Positions 55,601 through 56,528 of a stretch of DNA of 56,528 nt are shown here, in pieces. Both the position numbers and the translations under genes were made by a program. The DNA comes from a virus. Taxonomy: Duplodnaviria > Caudoviricetes. Numbering within the stretch: the stretch's first letter is position 1; each line of letters begins with the position of its first letter. Under the pieces are notes generated by a model that saw only the letters and a program-made list of their open reading frames with translations, ran no database searches and was not told the origin of the DNA. Location of the stretch: IMG/VR virus record IMGVR_UViG_3300046011_010468, positions 1 through 56,528 of that record; one strand, 5' to 3'.

Positions 55601-56528
55601 CCTGCGCCTTGCGGCCTGCCCATTGCGCGTCCTGCATCAGGGTTTCTGAACCGGTAATGCCGCCGGTGAGGCCGGAGACCTGCTGACGGAGTTGATTCCC
55701 GCCTTTGTAAAAGCTCCAGCCAATTTCCTGCGCGACACGGCGCAGGGCGCTGTCGTTCTTGCGGTCCTCAGTGAAGCGCATGGCCCATTCCTCGGGGGTC
55801 ACGTCCTGGGGGCGTTTGGCGTCGTAGTCGAGCCAGTCCTGAATCCACGCCTTTCCATAGACGCCTTCAAGCTCCTGAAAGGACTCGCGGACTCGGGCAC
55901 CGGCATTCTGGCGGATGTCGGGGAAGCGGTCGATGGCTTCGGCCTTGGCCTCTGGGGAAGCGCCGGAGGCATTGACGGCGGCGGTGTAGTCCTTCTCGGC
56001 GGTGATGGTTGGGTTGACGACGACGGCTCCATTGGAGAGCAAGCGGGTCTGGCGAGGATCGCTAGGTTTGTCGTTCCAAATGTCGCCGGCAGTCTGGGCG
56101 ATGGCGGAGACGAATCCGCCGACGGTGGCGGAGTCACGGATGGCTTTGGCCTTGGCGGCGAATTCCTCCGGGGTCTTTTCCTTCACGTCCTGCGCGTTGG
56201 AGGCGTCCCAGTTAAGGGTTTCCATGTCGGACAGGAGTCGCTCGGCTTCTTGGGGATCGACCTGGAGCGCTTCGGCGAGGTTGGCGATAACAGTGGGTCG
56301 GACTTCAATGTCGGTTTTGCTGTTGCCATTCTTGTCTGGCTTGAGGGCGGCTTGGAGTCCTTGGTAGGCAGCAGCGGCGGCCTGCTGGCGCTGCTGGCCG
56401 GCGGCGAGAATGGCCTGCTGGCGCTGCTGGATGTCATTTTGGAGGGCTTTCTGGGCCTCCTCGGGGACGCCATCCGGGTGCATGTCCGCGAGATCCTGGG
56501 CGCGGAGATCGGCCTCGGATTGCCCCCT
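34650..56528 (-). CDS. Giant polyvalent (DarB-like) multi-domain protein, more than 7,290 aa, 5' end outside the window
   Basis: Single open frame of about 21.9 kb; still open upstream of the track's ATG 56483 up to base 56528; many enzymatic motifs (see sub-features). Confidence 0.92.
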   Translation of the reverse strand, partial: RGQSEADLRAQDLADMHPDGVPEEAQKALQNDIQQRQQAILAAGQQRQQAAAAAYQGLQAALKPDKNGNSKTDIEVRPTVIANLAEALQVDPQEAERLLSDMETLNWDASNAQDVKEKTPEEFAAKAKAIRDSATVGGFVSAIAQTAGDIWNDKPSDPRQTRLLSNGAVVVNPTITAEKDYTAAVNASGASPEAKAEAIDRFPDIRQNAGARVRESFQELEGVYGKAWIQDWLDYDAKRPQDVTPEEWAMRFTEDRKNDSALRRVAQEIGWSFYKGGNQLRQQVSGLTGGITGSETLMQDAQWAGRKAQAMQTSKELYGSASENFLRAGLLEMTPEVATSILPAAGGAKLAQWGIRGLAATGAGSRLFPALAAVLEGSNTAAQAVKATQTLTRAGLAGASLAGGSQTYGAQISDIYGNLRRQGIEHPDALRMAQMPAILSAGVTAALTALGGASGVERLLVNPASAKALFAKQFETQMKRLGFVGQKFFEGGLREFALEELPDEIFSTWQSGAASHPDDPTAGRKALAEFLKTLPEFAVATMALGGAGEGISAFQGSRVDKYAPTNRANLPETTAMAEFAIENMQFDGVDVATLEQMKRRAGVVLSLAQGGELFDVEESDLNAVGWTRDGDTFKPLKDFKGPVDEAGNPIAILDIDKGGRPIIKDAYVALLRKHKLDAVADAIPGTETQTRNRYAQQSASSNQQPATSAPGPQQSQPGPAPATPAGTGGNANPSPVQAPAVNGTQPTSSGQPPAQSGAPVADPASSIQQPASSPDPTAVPTLEKSLADWLVDRYMPDQEAAAAAKALAAHPQVTGKTFDDFNKLAGPQRDALFAELGITGSKALTKSKTDPLRFSGATPSQPASSQSPAKPASDKIEQARKEAEAKAAAAKQKAESLGRPLDPTLPPALQKALDDAIPGQPTKAVFDAINTALTNKEITDAQAAAIVADLTGSKTHTELRQALELKLGWKTTERANAAAANHFGDKSKSDIPLASGDRTDTSNRVPPASSNQPPASSPDPSAARMGPDLSIKSKSPLRKNSAYSRAKLLALARIKDPSKKAWARQAFAALEDSLQRHHTLYDAIAIGPAAIRRLNGAMTAVSEIDGRITRMIDLDAIVANFDYLANPADAIRATGIEEDIHATVLRLARTQPQKYGPEAIRKQWRSLPQALREKVWQAYDYGRSSLPAKLTAQQEYHMQNEFLRMLVQDQAFAQAITETVDTPTSLLQWVRDLLRDLSKTLRDLMGQVDAPLRAELQGMVDQIAAQLRIYEGKSQGTEDRLATLDYLRDPAGIALQAMQSGVLFDHLAKTDPSLTPEAMARAFDLLTPELQSIAYRAYRASNNKEPGTKNKEPKSALLRHLLTAMAGDASVSQKVQSALLSQSPSLQVSKSAPLLSRFVTRLTQRTESPPADLLALLKQQPQKARQTLASLHARLIRAGADLAGARFVQSMPGPVQDVFTAAPPERHADMIAALRQAELRAQAEGKPLFQGAIPGPVLAELRRIAYTAGEANADLALSPNATPEAAAELRKRLMQAEIAARRQRESGLLPTTQDLSDQENTTDEEQPDRASDMAAALENRDRLAEQNRSPQARDALKRRLRAQQYAAELLRERATQELNAARQAGTYGVDKAEAMLNLAIGRIGRRRTGAGWRTISFTERRQLTLLGIGVDQSSSGDQGGYPYTLSRRGMAEARVEFSLEGSPERQTAQEELDWMKEQDADFQTELDDTTAAYVENSRENWTRSLSTQGTDHILIKQAALNDLHYTFPLTANLLRSESDAREGFGLATDQTPRPITQSSRPNENNATRNPQGTAPNVSQEQGETPGQTGSGQSPSMEGGLLPPSEQSQRGSTSEGPAIGAPPVVQNAPKNQPPRKVKIKVKSDGNTVPMDITFQDDLSAAAFAIRPDFDAALLDDSSGKRAQQRIDALVTRIMDDTFQDGATIRKELRAYRAEVQKAAQEFANAPDGTFTPKKFSLAVKTSESAKVLPPPVGGDIISDLKDRVGSLGGPTNTPGTWDWWHALNREADNDTITVTTKTGKKVQKKRVSGYEAQQRIKTGDVTDAATKIAWLLDNGIVKPGTASNIDEAAQALRGDGKTEEKDTAALQQWPVDSGEALGQAILEAIDARIAAKSTDSVQDIESRRAAEDLGSAQDFATYAAGSQGQPFTADQLAKELEIEDEIQIGNVTLTVQDADKTTGTLTLDSGRFGSVTVSGTQTLNLASGPNHLRIGRQPASSIQQPASSNRLAASRAELEAAVAEDTSLSASDRVYLEAIDRAGIQPAISVNGKVYTGIKGMWHPEILAHYVWKNIYTPQQRRNDPYQVKAGKYALEEWMDSRGSGFDDFGYVTTDEGKFLSREEALDHVEQRGLKLPPESYSARHRNLDSSDILSLEASPRLTASQVRAMTLKQVDAPLTREFKGEKAWLFPDGQFAPVDEHSELVSYDPDGEPLQGWHLQEAGIVRIEVDRDDGFIYADHTRSMTLAQRQAVRDTAIERGLEYQFINTARFIPEGEGLAASNRTRDAASSYVEDALDENKLRTLTDLLRFASTDLSPETFRKLRRIHLRNAYNTVMNERGLPEATHAEEADANRTYDPKIERRYGEMPPDLAARDAAIDPALLDQIVGITAPPPNQTDNAASAAADLAALGENDATADAPSIFAVPPAPDAPAMPDTPEERMDAGWNAHPEDEQLPAAPLIAKGDLDAAKPVNIQGGKSSLLARGIYNRAIAALARHAAAIGDMFFGTGTVTQYIHKAGLGKPGGHASEYSPWRASFLRQVTDPAQVETLARGARAGIEDLKRVQEAARDAVTGSTDFPAAMKAFAGFINGLDHSAISDAAWSTIRKRALSGYQTSLKDKDYTAEEFAAKARHFARVHGLKARVMIGMYQALPAGFDLAAYAQKVSAAQAWDKHLLETRSGQTSMFAPPKAEHPGPIPARDDPATTGLYVAAEMLSDNSISLDLDAAGNLNEPFTGLFDDWDWHTSDRAKNIEKLIRDYHQVFVGKTVHSANSWTLLPRLARENPGIGFVIDPPYFGVPETENGRVLIDTATGQPVRKGTSNYDSTTDIRTPDDLLRLFDSFVLPAWQSGAKFVLTNEWDDSAAVALRLRGATVVKIARQGRKGDTPELVAYNFNPNTGELRPHRISTVTPGRAFSALQRGAYPGTSHSGNLDPRLKLAARSAAEAQPEAARMALQQRQNAAQLPRGNAAGGSPRPVGADQRSAPRTPALDKKTDTFAPAYDKLLSEPLPDPVERAELAAELEADREAANERDREMMAEAGIDDSEEAMTLDELEAAERDRQRQFYRDLSDSFDEDGNTLPEALQASRRVHPATGQPLAAANRKPTGPTYPGLKKPTLPAPTPLPELFGEWSASLSNNDLIGYRGVITPGKDNGFGNTEGNGIYLMRKQQEAAVFGKVQRISFPEPATPFLVINDDLYLLQESEDLDQPIDAAKDSPWLQASKYAAQHAHNLGKGKWDAQLAGDILTKLLMESGYDSVYVKGAPDDWVVLLRETRPGQKPLGALKASNRTVEHVEPGFYSALAEAIRAKMPVRSTPATILGTLFASGRTPILTSSRDVTTLRTAKDAWTAAGFPRAMADDIVDRFYKPAAFADIPANAVLLPMPSTSGRNILPDVLAQRIAEQQGATVQTGRVASATARTEAKKKTSFWAKMEDPVGYIPGPDFDALRQAIGPIYLVEDVHNTGESWMAMRRLLEDNGIPVAGVATLTATELRVTSPRDIERLSEKIATLTDTPLDETTELVYGLFHDSYKQWFNKAERIATGDARQAVRLLDAARAHARARATQRNNEAANEGRVQGQGNQDTLAPSYEQLSLSSASRLAESAIQGYLDLPNVNVPASKQPTAKRAIRAAAASTEPYELPASGGSVGNAGKLDALRERAQRTWRGLMDQDVDALKEAFRESDSFSSLLHDFISRGIPRFDIRGAIIENAADFAAFNLAVRTPYFESLKIAILDAANQVVHSQIVHVGGLNEAIADPKVIAGIIATARMLNPKSKLTGWIIAHNHPSGDPSPSDADRRVTRRLLAMGENIGLPLIDHVVTNGERYFSFRESGMIFSSIDDSIDQRPTRSSKPKLPVLPTPTAPFQDNVADYEALPSGSLKTSIFLNAPDKTLPYLQTLRTADPDHYHVLYLDTRLALRAVERIPTSVTLPQLFQRIVLGSAREGGYAFTLGFPATLETTNVVQEDQSNAAAPTPQQRQIVRRLREQSQSIGLVFADAMTHSQERHFSFSEYGLMEEPGALASAPRRARESMNFDPPFKAPFGDILSYSWASKPIGGMQSQRVSDWNNAITNGQTGRAIVHLFKVRKPDGIHTVSLETALGLLSSQDRNRLTSIIRSKQKEMEDEATGQMALFASERLPLSRALQPTTESYHTRLAAANRKVERYKAAGGDANWIIMADLGRWIDWNRYPTLDALKNAAMSDFELTNTLGTPLTDALPYVSSTLADPNNQGNPALRELRRQHGNDPQKLAELLLPKLQEQHRAVTAANADYLAGAHADDPFFQSAMLRATMADLTKSTVAFPVTLYPVAVAETRTAWNEGKLHSLPAMLEHYQQHAKAAAEIALRTRHAAQTVEGLEGGEWMTLPQIPAGATQTEQDAIFATWEALSHPNWCTSRGLARTYAQQGKMAVYRKNGTSLLALRFVGDDVVEVQSASNNGSIPLEYLPEVENYAVQSDSPRTRRTLEYTIENSRRAAEELQKIADDRARFLASIPVAPAPGATWDAKGFIKLADGTYAADAAALQPYDWSPYDNDGFEEGQAVKTNDRRYIDLAYSSSIVGPNIKLIQGNVELQDDMTLPALETVRGNITITRLDQIPALTQVTGIVSFDLRGLFGVLPPAFLGYDSLVGHPSDFDPKTTPDWRQKILGLEQLVNQAVLPAVAVGKLQESLLQKPLQNWKSSIWEPLQERITAAVGQPVARAYKLRDMLPRQNDDDFIPFGAGEEETDNGDHPLIQELAKALQSKPAAAANTVWNHLINLHGASLPALQARHPSLSAHTLKQIHRSANSQLMAEYVAEKTPGTLPEPLSTALAEVENDAVYASNRQRLPLERALAPTTLGASAAFFRPASSNQPPATSRPGQGISALIDSPAAAFTLLQRAFTAAQRGQSSQWLPIRRVWDAFNAQNPVITPAAFMRSVKAADDAGTVLLSPPESATTVEAAGPFKLRNASGIMSTDMMVPLASSDRLTQEDRYEDLKAVRALGWLDETSLAKARKELLRDPERLRRYAQIINLDPNQSNLTLTNAVIRAGQRFAENASDAVRPGLASSSRSNPSQITALRAIFPHANDPSRWTHTNEPRRSSEDFRQRQSLADQFGGETASRPNRRFDQRRIAEDQSAQQEALREVAQEPQRQNQFGLHLDSGGEHAVYISDDDKQVTKITLPGLYGYVPTEDVAPGITGEFRRLKMREATPAEYLYRLALFSRLTGIDWQAHGVETTDEAAYPVIITTQPFVESKRDADGKKIPVTQKQIDAYMASIGFEPLEEMTGTTFRDDRMEGTTYWHPQEQIIAADARPANFNLTPNNKVVPLDLMLAHYPLAAGSRALAASNRQPQITAQNAWALMLAPSAKQGIATNYIDGLKVSLANANTLVNNRAVSPSVRQKAKQDAEQLRVLIPQEEAAWQRIRQQHTPQQLQQIHNDATASSVPLAELQTDLDNLLADFPDASTRPAWATAQMEYLQSEISQSPSLPLSASPRLDTAARAKSLGDRSDRLFMATKRVESSLNDGNISPDDRRQRTTSDTRASSANSPEFISRIILGTNRRGYRSQPPSATLHGNRAAIAEEYQRLTRWAKEQELIFDPSRLGPEKDSRGEHRVYEPAAEDVRRIFKVTYPGLSGLTRRALLLRDGTTRVMEDDALPSEYFDRWALHNEMLDDDTRFEGILENAAGPSIVISQPYIEGTHPAAAPDLTPAGWKQEKGYWTKPHPKEDLLIGLADTKPSNWIQDTETGAVLSVDTIPFIVTDAMRDGGTLAKATTSPASSIQDQASSLPASPRAELAARALDKTVTGLGKAVPTTTAVLKQWLTHHDTTQPVTKEQVAKIAKELGDTMPLPSSKRQPDTGITKPTDAAFVRARVAEWQDAVAKADAAALEAIDLRKKREIADEAFFKAPPEEIDARRAEAMQLSDAEWEAKKKADRFPRAIQGLYIRFGIPPASGRSQNFITSTPDRPRYEKGISTFPITWENGRWQFATSYGTEPSLDALIGRHDRHIYLVTGTVVDEGEDNEPVLGSDYRVLKELTPTEILPPNYGNDPAEWDQSDEAQNWQTLFASPRVETAARALDRTVTGLGQAANLIPKAVGQTIAAVTNTGRYLPGNQALAKLGTQLGELDAAAAAKAGNAIAQGFLRVSGKDIRKAPDAVAAWLNQPAGLGAWAKNVVVDQLLPTAMMPREWLALSHEMQRKAAWGAEKSNDLIRALSGNPRLSDLAYPKEFAENPAYREQLFDAMENKIPMSSLPPAMQALGNRLRQMLRDTGTELVRQGIMHPDTFEELQANGWMPRYMLDEAMESGGSVLAAFKLGVKDLMQQRTTAFHIVDTSRKGKDGQHPTVNRQEGGRNAWRFRDAATRDAFYSDFIRRQALDMLQERHGNDKAMQAMFAPLDHAQRREVRRQIGMLTRADLDTPQKLSPALAGMVKAAIEHQKATYRKENPFDPPKLIKDPVYSIARYVLAQTHNAATMELLNETAKNKEWVSDVSLQGYTEIPDNDRFGPLAGKFVQKDIAAQILDKMDVPNAALRFYDAILRKWKSGKLVWNPGSHIRDAVGNTVFAYLGGSNIMNPGNWPYYRQALEIMRKGGPQYAELIEHGVLGGDAYSSLVRERLKGLLPDAATVENFNPGLIQRLFFDFGAKFHATHEQLAEYRRVPDDFYKIAAYLKAKATFASENPASSIQDQASMAAGHVRKWFPYYDRLGGSATTRAAGRFVNPFFSFFRESTRILGLAAKERPIALSAALAFPAAISALSAMLLGLDDDDRDEIKKDLFGRGKGILGLGGLHMFSMLLPVRSGQGQVQQFDISAIMPFADLLGQKIVPLEEKENAWQTFWRQTAAAGPVGNLAVSWITNRDTFSGRHLTEADMSTRELLGAYTQHAAGVLLPPLLPDAAAAVGIGEGGALTRAGTRQVNKTLATYDPVQTIIRSVFGMNVKSAAPNLYRQADDFRAANGYDAQPGFDYGTTVTSRAKRLLVAQLAQDEPNPTAIKNLVRKLKELGVPMETEGDVNKTLSIIDPAALIGGSKKAGITAETARQRFRQSLPPESRQLYETALSEYQRIKQRAPLLVRQAASL
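38600..39110 (-). other. Giant-protein domain: polyvalent-type Ser/Thr kinase, copy 2
   Basis: RGEHRVY, FKVT, PSEYFDRWALHN, IVISQPYIEG, ADTKPSNW, SVD. Confidence 0.75.
39880..40420 (-). other. Giant-protein domain: polyvalent-type Ser/Thr kinase, copy 1
   Basis: GGEHAVY, TKIT, TPAEYLYRL, IITTQPFV, ADARPANF, PLD. Confidence 0.75.
42430..42760 (-). other. Giant-protein domain: PcfJ-like, followed by short LRR/L-domain-like repeats
   Basis: NWCTS...TYAQQG...LALRFVGDDVVEVQSASN; then LPALETVRGNI / IPALTQVTG. Confidence 0.45.
43780..44760 (-). other. Giant-protein domains: tandem JAB/RadC (first intact, second degenerate)
   Basis: E...ILD...HNHPSGDPSPSDAD...LIDHVV...YFSFRE; second copy HVLYLD...HFSFSEYGL lacks HNH. 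Confidence 0.85.
45330..45830 (-). other. Giant-protein domain: type I phosphoribosyltransferase (ComF-like)
   Basis: VLLPMPS...N.LP..LA; PRPP loop IYLVEDVHNTGES. Confidence 0.8.
46000..46420 (-). other. Giant-protein domain: ADP-ribosyltransferase-like (polyvalent type)
   Basis: GYRG...GNGIYL....EAAVFG...GYDSV...WVVL. Confidence 0.65.
47130..48420 (-). other. Giant-protein domain: Dam/D12-class N6-adenine DNA methyltransferase
   Basis: QGGKSSLL, DMFFGTGTV, FVIDPPY, KFVLTN, ELVAYNF in alpha-class order. Confidence 0.85.
52700..53330 (-). other. Giant-protein domain: zincin-like metallopeptidase (MPTase-like), variant motif
   Basis: GIEEDIHATV (HExxH-like), downstream NEFL and LLQWVRDLL helix; motif non-canonical. 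Confidence 0.45.

Noticed and set aside
56483-56528. Exact circular closure fusing the 712-1 ORF to the giant ORF
   Set aside because: Direct joining of base 1 to 56528 shifts the frame and there is no terminal overlap; a gap must exist.
34650-56528. Virion RNA polymerase (N4- or crAss-like) as the identity of the giant protein
   Set aside because: I found no DxDGD or T7-type polymerase motifs in the visible part; the missing N-terminus cannot be judged.

Overview
The window is nearly the whole genome of a high-GC temperate tailed phage in its excised (attP) form. It is probably podovirus-like, because no tail tube, sheath or tape-measure gene is recognisable. Modules: portal on the - strand (994-3186); terminase, scaffold, N4/DUF4043-type major capsid, adaptor and fibre genes on the + strand (5.5-19.2 kb); a tyrosine integrase beside an attP that carries the 3' end of a tRNA-Phe-like gene and arm-type repeats (19.2-20.65 kb); a leftward replication/early module (DHH phosphoesterase, SSB, replication initiator with iterons, Bro/ANT antirepressor); a cro/cI-like switch; RusA; small early genes; and a giant ORF of more than 7,290 aa (34650 to beyond the window end). 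Two systems stand out. (1) Between portal and terminase lies an integron-like gene-cassette array. It has four attC-like hairpins and cassettes bounded by complementary GTT.../...AAC ends, and it abuts a frameshifted relic of an IntI-like recombinase. Some ORFs start or stop inside the recombination sites. (2) The giant protein is a string of effector modules: Dam-like MTase, ADP-ribosyltransferase-like, PRTase, two JAB/RadC, PcfJ-like and two kinases. About 15 copies of an L-x-A-S-x-R linker separate the modules, suggesting a processed, virion-delivered polyprotein with swappable parts. Also seen: a 16-bp box shared by three promoters, two wrecked C5-methyltransferase genes, and many dispersed 7-10-bp tandem micro-repeats. 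All functional calls come from motif recognition by eye; no searches were run.
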